DNA of 64,000 nt, taken from Thermoplasmata archaeon. GTDB taxonomy: Archaea; Thermoplasmatota; Thermoplasmata; Lutacidiplasmatales; UBA184. Of the stretch, positions 35,720 through 45,416 are shown piece by piece. Position 1 is the stretch's first letter; each line of letters begins with the position of its first letter. A model generated the notes under the pieces. It was given only the letters and a program-made list of their open reading frames with translations, did not search any database and was not told the origin of the DNA. The stretch lies in contig JAKIWL010000003.1 in the NCBI GenBank assembly GCA_022750055.1, forward strand, positions 55,300-119,299. The letters are read 5' to 3'. The translations under genes were made by a program, and so were the position numbers.

Positions 35720-36712
35720 CTAGGTCGTCCGACCCATCTGGCGGATCGTTCGGACTCGACTGGGAGGGATCACCCCGAGCGGGGTGACGAATCCGGTGAC
35801 GTAGCGAGACGGGGTCACATCGAACGCCGGGTTGCGGACCCCGCTCCGTCCGGGAGCGAGGCGCCGCGAGCCGAGGGAGCGGACCTCCTCAGCGCCCCGC
35901 TCTTCGACCGGGATGCCCGCCCCCGTCGGCATGCGCGGGTCGAAGGTGCTGAACGGCGCAGCCACGTAGAATGGGATCCCGTTCTCGTGCGCCACGACGG
36001 CCTTCTCGTACGTACCTACCTTGTTGGCCACATCGCCATTCCGCGCGATCCGATCCGCCCCGACGATGACCGCGTCGACGTCCCCCCGGAGCATGAAGTA
36101 ACCGGCGGCGTTGTCGACGATCACCGCGTGAGGAATGTGCTCCTGGGCGAGCTCCCAGGCCGTAAGCCGGGATCCCTGGAGCAAGGGCCGTGTCTCGTCG
36201 ACCCAGACGAAGAGGTCCACCCCGTGGTCGTGCGCGACGCGGATCGGCGCGAGTGCGGTGCCCCATTCGACCGTGGCGAGAGCGCCTGCGTTGCAATGAG
36301 TAAGGACGTTCGTACGCTTCGAGAACAGGGGGGCGCCCACCTCCCCGATCGCCTGGCACTCTGCGACGATGCGCTCCCGGTACCAGTGGGCCGATTCCAC
36401 GGGATCCTCCCCCGCCGTCCAGGCCGACCGCACCGCCTCGATCCCGACGAAGAGGTCGTGGGCCGTTGGGCGGGTCGATGCGAGGAGCTTGGCGGCCCGC
36501 GTGGGGGTCCAACCGCGTTGCTGGGAGGCGATCGCCATGCCGTACGCGGCGGCGACCCCGATGGAAGGCGCCCCGCGTACCACCATCGTGCGGATCGCTT
36601 CTGCGACGCCCTCGACCTTCCGGTAGGTCCTCACGACCCGAGCGTTGGGCAGGCGCCGCTGGTCGATCAGATGCAGCCCGAGGCGATCGTACCAGAGTGC
36701 GCGTACCCGCAT
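35720..36712 (-). CDS. mtnA: eIF-2B alpha/beta/delta-like protein: methylthioribose-1-phosphate isomerase / ribose-1,5-bisphosphate isomerase family
   Basis: Start at the internal ATG 36712 (MRVRALWYDRLGLHLIDQRRLP, typical of MtnA/e2b2). 331 aa. The upstream part of the track ORF is low-complexity. Confidence 0.75.
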   Translation of the reverse strand: MRVRALWYDRLGLHLIDQRRLPNARVVRTYRKVEGVAEAIRTMVVRGAPSIGVAAAYGMAIASQQRGWTPTRAAKLLASTRPTAHDLFVGIEAVRSAWTAGEDPVESAHWYRERIVAECQAIGEVGAPLFSKRTNVLTHCNAGALATVEWGTALAPIRVAHDHGVDLFVWVDETRPLLQGSRLTAWELAQEHIPHAVIVDNAAGYFMLRGDVDAVIVGADRIARNGDVANKVGTYEKAVVAHENGIPFYVAAPFSTFDPRMPTGAGIPVEERGAEEVRSLGSRRLAPGRSGVRNPAFDVTPSRYVTGFVTPLGVIPPSRVRTIRQMGRTT

Positions 36713-36719
36713 GGCACCC

Positions 36720-37742
36720 CTACGGCTCGAACGTATGCAGGAGGTCGCGCCAATCGGCGGGCACGGTCTTCGGGGTCCGCAGGGCTTCCGCGAAGGGGAC
36801 GCCCACGACCTCACTGCCTCGCAGGACAGCGACCTGTCCGAACTTTCCCTCGACAGCGAGGTCGACCGCCTTGGCGCCAAGCCGGGTCGCGAGGATCCGG
36901 TCGAACAGGGTCGGAGAGCCCCCGCGCTGGATGTGCCCGATGGCGGCGCTGCGACTCTCAACCCCGGTCGCGGCTTCGATACGCCTTGCGACCTCCTCGC
37001 CGACGCGACGTTCCTTCAACAGCTCGTGATCGAAATCGTCCTGGTTCCCGGCTGTCCCTTTTCGCGGCCCCAGCTCGATCCCCTCCGAGGCGACCACCAG
37101 GGCGAACCCGCGATCCGCGATCGCCTTTTTCACGTGCCCCATCAGTGCATCCTCATCGAATGGTTCCTCGGGAATCAGCGTCGCGTCGGCGGCCCCGGCG
37201 AGCCCTGTTGCGAGCGCGACCCAACCGGCGTTCCGCCCCATCACCTCGAGGACGAGCGCTCGATGGTGGCTCGCGGCCGTGTCCCGCAATCGCCCCAGCG
37301 CGTCCATCGAGACCGAGGCGGCCGAATCAAATCCGAAGGTCCAGTCGGTTGCTCCTACGTCGTTGTCCATCGTCTTCGGCACCCCTACGACCTTGCCCCC
37401 GAGCCGATGGAGCGCCTGGGCGGCGCTCAGCGTGTCGTCCCCGCCGATCGCCACGAGGGCCTCCACGCCCAACCGGTGGAGCGTGTCGGTGACGCGCGCG
37501 GACCCCTCCGGGGTCTTGAAGGGATTCGTCCGGGTCGTCCCGAGTACGGTCCCGCCCCGCAGGATGCCGTCGGCGAGGTCCTCCGGAACGAGGTCGCGGG
37601 TCTGGCCCTCGAGGACTCCCTTCCAGCCGTCGAGGAACCCGATCGTGCGGTGACCTCCTCGGTGGGCTCGGAAGACCACCGCGCGGACGGCGGCGTTGAG
37701 GCCGGGGCAGTCCCCCCCGCCGGTAAGGACGCCGAACTTCAC
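36720..37742 (-). CDS. pfkA: 6-phosphofructokinase (PfkA family)
   Basis: (V)KFGVLTGGGDCPGLNAAVR, GGDDTLSAAQ, MGRNAGW. GTG start at 37742 overlaps the stop of the upstream prolidase gene (GTGA). Confidence 0.8.
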   Translation of the reverse strand: MKFGVLTGGGDCPGLNAAVRAVVFRAHRGGHRTIGFLDGWKGVLEGQTRDLVPEDLADGILRGGTVLGTTRTNPFKTPEGSARVTDTLHRLGVEALVAIGGDDTLSAAQALHRLGGKVVGVPKTMDNDVGATDWTFGFDSAASVSMDALGRLRDTAASHHRALVLEVMGRNAGWVALATGLAGAADATLIPEEPFDEDALMGHVKKAIADRGFALVVASEGIELGPRKGTAGNQDDFDHELLKERRVGEEVARRIEAATGVESRSAAIGHIQRGGSPTLFDRILATRLGAKAVDLAVEGKFGQVAVLRGSEVVGVPFAEALRTPKTVPADWRDLLHTFEP

Positions 37743-38848
37743 GCCGGAACCTCGATGTACCCGCGCGGGGCCGTGGTCAGGAACTCGTACCCGCCTCGGG
37801 TGACCACAATATCGTCCTCGATGCGGACCCCGCCCTTGCCCGGGAGATAGATCCCCGGTTCCACGGTGATCGCCATGCCCTCTTCGAGCGGCTCGTCTAC
37901 CAGTTGATTCATTCCGAACCCATCGTGGACGGCGAGGCCGATGGAGTGGCCGAGACCATGGATGAACCGCCCCTTCCACGGGGAGGCGTCGATCACGCGC
38001 TGCGCCGCGAGGTGGGCGTCCTTGGCCAGGAGTCCGGGCCGGATGACGCTTAGAGCGGCCTCTTGCGCCTCGAGGACCTTCTCGTGGACGCCCTTGAGTT
38101 CCGCGTCGGCCGGTCCGAATCGGAACGACCGGGTGATGTCGCTCGCGTAGCGCTGGTACAGCGCGCCGAAGTCGCACACGATGCTCGTGCCGGGGGTGAG
38201 GCGACGATTCTGGGGCGCATAATGCGGCTCCGCTCCCATAGCGCCGAACGCAGTGATCGTCGAAAAGCTGCGACCCGAGGCGCCCCCGCGAACCATCCGG
38301 TACTCCATCTCAGCCGCGAGATCGAGTTCGGTCATCCCCGCCTTCAGGAGCGAGGGGATCTCGACCGCAACGGCCGAAGCGATCTCCGCCGCCCGGCGCA
38401 GCCGCGCGATCTCCTCGGCGTCCTTGATCATGCGGGCGGAGCGGATCGAATCGCTCGCATCGACCCATCGCGCCTTCGGAAGGGCCTTCTCCAGCGACAG
38501 GAAGCTGTCGTGCGTCAGCTCTCGGTAGTTCAGGGCCACGGTCGCATCCGAACGGATGAGCCTCGACAGAATCTGGTCGCGCTCGGGCCGGGTGGTAGGA
38601 ACCTCGATCGTAACCGTCGGGTCCCTCTTGGCAGCCTGCCGGGCGCTCTCCTCTTCGAGGAGCGAGCTGAGGATCGTTAGGCGGCCGTCGGGGAAGGCCA
38701 CGGCGCACGAGCCCTCGAACATGCCGCTGGGCACATCGAACACGTAGACGAAACTCTGGTCGAGGTGAGGCTCCGTGCTGTTCACGAGAAGCATCACGTC
38801 CGCAGGGGAGCGCAGGTGTTCGAAGATCTTCTGGACCCGAGCTTTCAT
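37739..38848 (-). CDS. Xaa-Pro aminopeptidase / prolidase (peptidase M24B)
   Basis: Start at the internal ATG 38848 (MKARVQKIFEHL). The C-terminal pita-bread domain shows HGLGHSIGLAVHD and VEPGIYLPGKGGVRIEDDIVVT. 369 aa. Confidence 0.8.
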   Translation of the reverse strand: MKARVQKIFEHLRSPADVMLLVNSTEPHLDQSFVYVFDVPSGMFEGSCAVAFPDGRLTILSSLLEEESARQAAKRDPTVTIEVPTTRPERDQILSRLIRSDATVALNYRELTHDSFLSLEKALPKARWVDASDSIRSARMIKDAEEIARLRRAAEIASAVAVEIPSLLKAGMTELDLAAEMEYRMVRGGASGRSFSTITAFGAMGAEPHYAPQNRRLTPGTSIVCDFGALYQRYASDITRSFRFGPADAELKGVHEKVLEAQEAALSVIRPGLLAKDAHLAAQRVIDASPWKGRFIHGLGHSIGLAVHDGFGMNQLVDEPLEEGMAITVEPGIYLPGKGGVRIEDDIVVTRGGYEFLTTAPRGYIEVPA

Positions 38849-39073
38849 CGGCGCCCTTACCGGGTGAGCGGCTTCAAGCTTTCCGAGCGTTGGGATCGGT
38901 CGGCGAAGACGGAGCGCCCGCTGCGTGAAGGCACGGCGGGGCCCCCACTCACTCCAGCCCAGCCGGCCCGAAAAGCCCTGCGCTGCGACGACGAACCTGA
39001 AGGTCCATCCACTTGACTGCGGGCGACACGAGCTCTTATACGGCGCTGCCCCGGAAGGTACGGGGGGAGCCAC

Positions 39074-39910
39074 GTGACCTCGTCCACGGCCGTCAAGAAG
39101 ACTGTCGTGGTCCTTGGGATGCACCGGTCGGGTACCTCCCTCGTCGCAGGGATCCTGCACGCCCTCGGCGTGAACATGGGGGCCCGCGCCGAGGGTGAGG
39201 CGTGGGTTGGGCGGCATTGGTCCAATCCGACCGGCCATTTTGAGAATGCGGAGTTCGTCTCCCTCGACTATCGCATCCTCGGTGGAGATGCGACCGGGAT
39301 CCGCGGTCCCCCCCGCTGGGAGGACGTAGCTGCCCGCTCGGCACAGTTCGAGGCGGAGGCGAGGGCGCTGATCCGCCGCCACGAGGCAGAGATGTGGGGA
39401 TGGAAGGACCCGTGGACGGTGCTCACGCTCGAGGTCTTCCTCCCACTCCTTCGGTCCCCCTACTTCGTCATGGTCCGTCGCCCGAAGGAGGAGGTGCTCG
39501 CCTCGCTCCGAAAGCGCTCTACCTCCCAGGACTCGGACATTGCGGAGCTGTTCGACGTGTACGAGCAGCGCTTGGCCGAGCTCAAGGAGCGACTGCGGTC
39601 GTTCCCCGTGATCGAGGTCGATTATCCCACCCTTCTTCGGGAGCCCAGCCCAACCGTGGGCCGCCTGATCGAGTTCTTGGGACTCAGGCCAACCCGGGAG
39701 GAACTGGACCGCGCTCTCGGCATGGTCTTGGGCGGTGCGGAGCTCCGCCGGGAGAGTCAGCGGATGGCGATCCGGGGGGTCTTCGGCTTTCCGCGGTGGG
39801 TGGGTTGGGTCTTGAAGCGGGACCTAAGAAACAATCCCGATGTCGTGGCCACGGACCTCTTCTCCTCGGTCCCCAAAGAGCTTTTTCAGATGTTCCGGAC
39901 CCTTCTGTAG
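39074..39910 (+). CDS. sulfotransferase family protein
   Basis: The N-terminal 5'-PSB-type loop VVVLGMHRSGTSLVAGIL is typical of PAPS-dependent sulfotransferases. Context includes sat and cysC. Confidence 0.6.
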   Translation: MTSSTAVKKTVVVLGMHRSGTSLVAGILHALGVNMGARAEGEAWVGRHWSNPTGHFENAEFVSLDYRILGGDATGIRGPPRWEDVAARSAQFEAEARALIRRHEAEMWGWKDPWTVLTLEVFLPLLRSPYFVMVRRPKEEVLASLRKRSTSQDSDIAELFDVYEQRLAELKERLRSFPVIEVDYPTLLREPSPTVGRLIEFLGLRPTREELDRALGMVLGGAELRRESQRMAIRGVFGFPRWVGWVLKRDLRNNPDVVATDLFSSVPKELFQMFRTLL

Positions 39911-39917
39911 TCTCGTG

Positions 39918-41078
39918 GACGAACCCGGCGGGCCGCCCGCGGAGGATGGAGGGGGAGCGACAGAGAGCGATACGGAGCCTCGCCGCACGAACGGATGGCA
40001 CGGGGGCACCCGACCGGCACCCCCGGGAGGATCTGATCTCGCCTCTCCGCCCACGAGTCGGCCGTACTTTTCGGTCGTGATCACGGCCTACAGTCGGCCC
40101 CGGTTCCTCCCCCAGGCCATCGACTCGGTGTTGGGGCAGACCCTGCCGCGGGCGCAATACGAGGTCATCGTTGTCAAGAACTTCGCCGACGAGGAGAGCG
40201 ACCGCCGGATCCGAGAGAACGGACTGGTCGGCCTATTCCGAACGGAGAAGCCGCTCGGGATCCATCTCAAGGCCGCGCTGGACCGCGCGCAGGGAGAGGT
40301 CGTGGCCCTGCTCAACGACGACGACCTGTGGGAGCCGGATCGACTACGGATCGTGCGCGAGCGATTCACGACGGACCCGAAGCTCGGCTTCCACGCGACG
40401 AGTTACACGGTCGTCGATGAGCGGAATCGATCGATCGCCGGCACCCGGGATCGGTTCACCGCGGTGGGCCGGTTCGAGCGGAACGCCGGGGCGGAGTTTC
40501 GCGTGGGACCCGAGTCTTCGTCCCTCGAGTTGGACCGCTTCGTCGAAGCGAATCCGGGAAGCGACAGTACCATTACCATTCGGACTGCGATCCTCCGCCG
40601 ATTCCAAGTGGAGCTCGCCGACTTGCCTTCCTCGGTGGACACGTTCATGCTCACCTGCGGGTTCCTTTCGGGAATGGACCTGCAGATCGAGTACCGGCCC
40701 CTCACTCGGCTTCGGGTACATGTCGACAACATGTCCCGATCGACGGACGCCTCGTTCCACGCATATCTCATGAAGTACGCCGAAACGATGGGCGGATTCG
40801 CCCGGGCGACGGATCATATGCTCCGAATGACCGATCCGGTGTCGAATCCCTGGTGGCACGAGCGCCTGGAAGCGAAGTACCGGAGTCTCGACCACTTCGC
40901 TCGGATGGCCCAGGGCAGCCTGGGAAGAGCGGAAGCTCTTCGGGACCTGGGGGGGGAGCTCCATCGGTACGGGACCTCCCACCCTGGGCTCCTCGGTTCC
41001 CAGATCCTGTACGCCGCGCTGCCCCCGCTCTCGCAGGCCGTCAATTTCCTCGTGGGTCGTCGGATCGCCGGAGGGTGA
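39918..41078 (+). CDS. glycosyltransferase family 2
   Basis: YFSVVITAYSRPRFLPQAIDSVLGQT and the DDD/DxD region VALLNDDDLWEPDR. Start set at the in-frame GTG 39918 to avoid a 70-nt overlap with the sulfotransferase. The track start is ATG 39840. Confidence 0.7.
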   Translation, partial: DEPGGPPAEDGGGATESDTEPRRTNGWHGGTRPAPPGGSDLASPPTSRPYFSVVITAYSRPRFLPQAIDSVLGQTLPRAQYEVIVVKNFADEESDRRIRENGLVGLFRTEKPLGIHLKAALDRAQGEVVALLNDDDLWEPDRLRIVRERFTTDPKLGFHATSYTVVDERNRSIAGTRDRFTAVGRFERNAGAEFRVGPESSSLELDRFVEANPGSDSTITIRTAILRRFQVELADLPSSVDTFMLTCGFLSGMDLQIEYRPLTRLRVHVDNMSRSTDASFHAYLMKYAETMGGFARATDHMLRMTDPVSNPWWHERLEAKYRSLDHFARMAQGSLGRAEALRDLGGELHRYGTSHPGLLGSQILYAALPPLSQAVNFLVGRRIAGG

Positions 41079-41079
41079 G

Positions 41080-41925
41080 ATGCGGGCTCGCGACCGATCC
41101 GGCTCGGAGGAACTCCGTCCGACGTCGGATACCGATGCTCGGTGGAAGCGAAGCCCGGCCCATCGCCCCCTTCATGTCTGGATCGACTTCGACGGCACCC
41201 TCGTGGTTCCCAACGTCGCAGTGGAGCTGGTCGGCCGATTCGGTCAGAATGGCACCGTGGTGGCCCACGAGGTCGATGAGCTCCTCCATCGAGGGGCGAT
41301 CACGCTCCGGGAGGCCTGGGAGAGGGAGATCGCGATCTTGCCGCTCGACCGTCTCGACGAGATGATCGAGTATGCCTGCGAGCATGCCCCGCTCCGTCCG
41401 GGGGCCCGGGAACTCATCGCCCTGCTCGATCGGAAGGGCGTCCCCACCACCGTTCTTTCCGGTGGGGTGGACTTCTACATTCGTCCCGTCCTGGAGCGCA
41501 AGGGGATCCGATGGCCGTTCCGGTCGGATTCACTCACTCGAACCCCTCAGGGCCAACTCGGGATCGCCCACCCGTACGGGCACGCCACCTGCCGTCTCTG
41601 CGGGATATGCAAGGCCCAGGCCGTACGCTCGGAGCCGGATCGCACGGCCGTGTTCATCGGCGACGGAGGTACCGATCGGTACGCGGCGGAGGTAGCGGAC
41701 GTGGTGTTCGCCCGCGGGCGTCTGCACGAATACTGCCGGGCCCGCGGCATCCCAAGCCACCCATTCGAGGATTTCGGACCGGTCGTCCAGTGGCTGGAAT
41801 CGCGCCTATCGGGGGACACGGTCCCGCTCGATCCCGTCGGAAGTGGACTGAGCGGCTCGGAGTGTCCGATCTCCCGAGAGCTGACTGCGTCGGGGGACCC
41901 GAGTTCCGTGCCCACCCCTCGGTAG
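41080..41925 (+). CDS. HAD-superfamily phosphatase, MtnX-like (subfamily IB) with Cys-rich insert
   Basis: VWIDFDGTL (DxDGT), LSGGVDFYIRPVL, the Cys cluster HATCRLCGICK, and FIGDGGTDRYAAEVADVVFARGRL. These parallel B. subtilis MtnX (DFDGT…ISGGMDFF…CKGTCSNQCGCCK…GDSVTD…FAR). Confidence 0.6.
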   Translation: MRARDRSGSEELRPTSDTDARWKRSPAHRPLHVWIDFDGTLVVPNVAVELVGRFGQNGTVVAHEVDELLHRGAITLREAWEREIAILPLDRLDEMIEYACEHAPLRPGARELIALLDRKGVPTTVLSGGVDFYIRPVLERKGIRWPFRSDSLTRTPQGQLGIAHPYGHATCRLCGICKAQAVRSEPDRTAVFIGDGGTDRYAAEVADVVFARGRLHEYCRARGIPSHPFEDFGPVVQWLESRLSGDTVPLDPVGSGLSGSECPISRELTASGDPSSVPTPR

Positions 41926-42069
41926 GCCCGAGAGGTCCAAACCGCCATGGAACGAACTGCTTTACCGCCGACCGCGTAGGCCCCAGCACATGGCGCCCAT
42001 TCCAAGAGCAACTGCCTCGGGGAGGATCGGCTCGGGAACGTCCGAACCGATCGGCAGCCGAGGTCGCCC

Positions 42070-43236
42070 ATGATCCCTCGGCCCCACGGCGGGCGCCTCG
42101 TCAGCCGGCTCCTCTCGGACCCCGATCGAGCGCGACGGGAGGCGGAATTGGACGACATGATGCGGCTGCACCCGGGCGTCGACGCGATCTACGATGCCGA
42201 GAAGATCGGCCTCGGCGCCTACAGTCCCCTCGAGGGTTTCATGAACCGGACCACCCTGGATTCGGTGCTCTCGACCGGCCGACTTCCGAACGAGTTGCCG
42301 TGGTCGATCCCGATCCTCCTCGCCCCAGCCGGTCGGGAGAACGACAAGGTCGTGGCTTCCGCGAGGGCCGGCGATTCGATCGCCCTCTTGGACGCGTCGG
42401 AGAGGCCTTTCGCCGTGCTCCAACTAGAGGAGAAATTTCCCTACGACCGGACGGCCGTGGCGCGGACCACCTACGGGACCACCGATCCCGCCCATCCCAA
42501 CGTCGCGGACCTTCAGGCCGCCGGGGAGGTGGCCCTCGGAGGGCGGATCGACCTCCTCCGACGCCTCGACCTCCCTACCGGTCCGCTCGAACTCTCTCCC
42601 TCAGAATCGAGGGCGGCGTTCGAGCGACGCGGTTGGAAAAACGTCGCCGCGTATCAGTGCCGGAATCCCCCCCATACCGCCCACGAGTACCTTCAGCGCC
42701 TGACCCTCGAACGTGAGGACGTCGACGCCCTCTTCATCCAACCGGTCGTCGGCCGCCTGAAGAAGGGGGACTACCGACCGGAGATCATCCTGCAGGCCTA
42801 CGAGGCGCTGGTTCGGCACTACCATCCTTCGGACCGCGTGATGCTCGCGTCGTTGTCGATCACGATGCGATATGCCGGTCCGAAGGCGGCGCTGTTCCTC
42901 GCCATCGTCCGGAAGAACTTCGGCTGTTCCCACTACATCGTAGGCCGAGACCAGGCCGGGGTGGGAACCTACTACGACCCGTATGCGGCCCATCGGATCT
43001 TCGACGAGTACCCGATCGGCATCCAACCCCTTCGCTACGAGGAAACCTTCTACTGCCGTTCGTGCGGCTGGATGGCGACGAAGAAGACCTGCCCTCATCC
43101 GGCGACCGACCGATTGGACACGAGCCAGACCCGGATCCGCAAGGCGCTGGCCGAGGGGATCGATCCCCCGACCGAGCTGCTTCGGCCCGAGGTGGCGAAG
43201 GTCCTCCGGCAACCGAACGTCCTCTTGGAATCCTGA
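42070..43236 (+). CDS. sat: sulfate adenylyltransferase (ATP sulfurylase)
   Basis: QCRNPPHTAHEYL and GRDQAGVG (GRDHAG-like) motifs. 388 aa. Confidence 0.85.
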   Translation: MIPRPHGGRLVSRLLSDPDRARREAELDDMMRLHPGVDAIYDAEKIGLGAYSPLEGFMNRTTLDSVLSTGRLPNELPWSIPILLAPAGRENDKVVASARAGDSIALLDASERPFAVLQLEEKFPYDRTAVARTTYGTTDPAHPNVADLQAAGEVALGGRIDLLRRLDLPTGPLELSPSESRAAFERRGWKNVAAYQCRNPPHTAHEYLQRLTLEREDVDALFIQPVVGRLKKGDYRPEIILQAYEALVRHYHPSDRVMLASLSITMRYAGPKAALFLAIVRKNFGCSHYIVGRDQAGVGTYYDPYAAHRIFDEYPIGIQPLRYEETFYCRSCGWMATKKTCPHPATDRLDTSQTRIRKALAEGIDPPTELLRPEVAKVLRQPNVLLES

Positions 43237-43283
43237 CCCGCGGACCCCGTCGGCCCGGAACCGGGGCCACCGCCGCGGGGGGC

Positions 43284-43865
43284 CTAGCTGGGAGATCCGG
43301 CGAGCCGACCGAGGCGCTGGAGCTCCGCGATGACGAAATCGGCCTCCTCCCCGGGAGTCCGGCCGGTCGTATGGACGACGATCTCCGGATGATCCGGAGG
43401 CTCGTACGGGTCATCGACCCCGGTCATGCCCGTGATCGCGCCCGAGCGGGCCTTCTTGTACAGGCCCTTGACGTCCCGTTCTTCGCAGAGCGGGAGCGGC
43501 GTGTCCACGTAGACCTCGACGAAGTGGCCTATCTCCGCCCTCGCCTTGGCCCGGGAGGACCGGTACGGCGAGATGAGAGCGACGATCGCCACGACCTCGT
43601 TTCGGGCGAGGAGCTTCGCCACGAAGCTCACCCGGGCGGCGTGGGTCTCTCGCGAGACGCGGTCGAAACCGAGGTCGGCCGACAGTCCCTGCCGGACCTC
43701 GTCTCCGTCGAGGAGCTCGACGTGGAGGCCCCGCCCCCTCAGGCGCGGAAGGAGTTCCCGCGCGATCGTCGTCTTCCCGGCGCTCGGGAGTCCGGTGAGC
43801 CACAGGCAGAAGCCCCGTCCTCCGGGGGACTGGGGCACGGGTCCGGGCAGAGTCGAAGAGGGCAT
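43284..43865 (-). CDS. cysC: adenylylsulfate kinase (APS kinase)
   Basis: P-loop GFCLWLTGLPSAGKTTIA and LDGDEVRQGL, DPYEPP. Confidence 0.85.
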   Translation of the reverse strand: MPSSTLPGPVPQSPGGRGFCLWLTGLPSAGKTTIARELLPRLRGRGLHVELLDGDEVRQGLSADLGFDRVSRETHAARVSFVAKLLARNEVVAIVALISPYRSSRAKARAEIGHFVEVYVDTPLPLCEERDVKGLYKKARSGAITGMTGVDDPYEPPDHPEIVVHTTGRTPGEEADFVIAELQRLGRLAGSPS

Positions 43866-43868
43866 GGA

Positions 43869-45416
43869 TCACCGAGGGGAGCCGCTGGAGGGAGCCGGGG
43901 AGCCGACGGGACCTTCCGGCAGGGCCGGGGAACCCGGCGGTCGCGGGGGCGAGGTGGGCGCCGTCGGGGGTTCCCGAAGGTCCCGCCACGACAGGCGCAG
44001 TTCCCGGGCCGCCAGGACCTCGTCGACACGCCGAACGGAAGTATGTCGAGGTGCGGCGTGTAGGTTCTGCGTGGTGTCTGTCGCCGCCCTCTGGAACGCC
44101 TCGACGAACCGGTCCAGGTCGTGGCGGCTCTCGGTCTCGGGCATCTCGATCATCAGCGCCTCGTCGACGAGGGCCGGGAAGTAGATGGTCGGGGCGTGGA
44201 TCCCTTCGTCGAGCAATCGTTTGGCGAGGTCGAGCGTCCGAGCGCCCCTCGCCTTGAGCGGGGCGCCCGACAGGAGGAATTCGTGCTTCACGAGGGAGCG
44301 GAACGGCCTCGGCAGGGTCTGCGAGAGCGCGCGGGCAAGGTAGTTCGAGTTCAGGACCGCCCGACGGGAGATGTGCTTCAACCCCTCCTCGCCGTGGTAC
44401 AGCAAGTAGGCGTAGGCCCGTAGGTCGAGGCCGAAGTTGCCGTAGGCGGTCTTGATCTTCCCGATCGATTTCGGTCGGTCGTAGTCCAAGCGGAACTTCC
44501 GGCCGACCTTGACCACCCTCGGCACGGGCAGGTAGGGGGCCAATCGTTCCCCCGCGGCGAGCACCCCCGCGCCCGGACCTCCCCCACCGTGGGGCGTGGC
44601 GAACGTCTTGTGGAGGTTCAGATGAGCTACGTCGAAGCCCATCCGCCCGGGGTTCGTCACGGCGAGGATGGCGTTCAGGTTCGCGCCATCGTAGTAGAGC
44701 AGACCGCCGGCCCCGTGGATCGCTTTCGCGATCTCGTCGATCTCGCTCTCGAAGAGCCCGGTGGTGTTCGGATTCGTCAGCATGAACGCGGCGGTCCGGT
44801 CCGAGACGGCGGCACGGAGCGCCGCGACGTCGACGCACCCCTCCTTCGACGGAATCTCTCGCGCGGTGAAACCGGCCATGGCCGCGGAGGCGGGGTTCGT
44901 CCCGTGGGCGGTATCCGGTAGGAGCACCTCGGTCCTCCGGTCCAGCTCTCCGCGGTCCCGGAAGTAAGCGCGAATCATCAGCAGCGCGGAGTACTCCCCG
45001 TGAGCTCCGGCGGCCGCCTGGAGCGAGACCTCAGGAAGACCCGTGACCCGTTGGAGCCCCCGTTCCAGCCGCCAGATCACCTCGAGCGAACCCTGGACGG
45101 TCTCCTCGGGCTGGTACGGATGCACCTCGGCGGCACCGCGTCGCCGGGCGAGCTGTTCGGAGACCGCAGGGTTGTACTTCATCGTGCACGACCCGAGGGG
45201 GTAGGAGGAGGTGTTGATCCCGAAGTTCATCTGCGAGAGACGCGTGAAATGCCGGATCAGCTCGAGCTCCGAAAGCTCGGGCCAGGCAATGAGGCGTTGC
45301 CGACGGAACCGCTCGGGAATCCCCGGAATAGCGACGGCCGGGGGGTTTCCCTCTGGGGAGGTCCGTCGGATGTCCCATAGGAGAGGCTCGTCGTATCGTG
45401 CCTGCCGAAACGTCAC
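43869..45416 (-). CDS. gcvPB: glycine dehydrogenase (decarboxylating) subunit 2 (P-protein C-terminal subunit)
   Basis: PLGSCTMKYNP and NLHKTFATPHGGGGPG. Confidence 0.9.
   Translation of the reverse strand: MTFRQARYDEPLLWDIRRTSPEGNPPAVAIPGIPERFRRQRLIAWPELSELELIRHFTRLSQMNFGINTSSYPLGSCTMKYNPAVSEQLARRRGAAEVHPYQPEETVQGSLEVIWRLERGLQRVTGLPEVSLQAAAGAHGEYSALLMIRAYFRDRGELDRRTEVLLPDTAHGTNPASAAMAGFTAREIPSKEGCVDVAALRAAVSDRTAAFMLTNPNTTGLFESEIDEIAKAIHGAGGLLYYDGANLNAILAVTNPGRMGFDVAHLNLHKTFATPHGGGGPGAGVLAAGERLAPYLPVPRVVKVGRKFRLDYDRPKSIGKIKTAYGNFGLDLRAYAYLLYHGEEGLKHISRRAVLNSNYLARALSQTLPRPFRSLVKHEFLLSGAPLKARGARTLDLAKRLLDEGIHAPTIYFPALVDEALMIEMPETESRHDLDRFVEAFQRAATDTTQNLHAAPRHTSVRRVDEVLAARELRLSWRDLREPPTAPTSPPRPPGSPALPEGPVGSPAPSSGSPR

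Noticed and set aside
43411-44838. 475-aa minus-strand ORF in an alternative frame over gcvPB and cysC
   Set aside because: It sits out of frame with the real gcvPB gene (LGSCTMKYNP, NLHKTF…PHGGGGPG motifs). The translation is Arg-rich nonsense.
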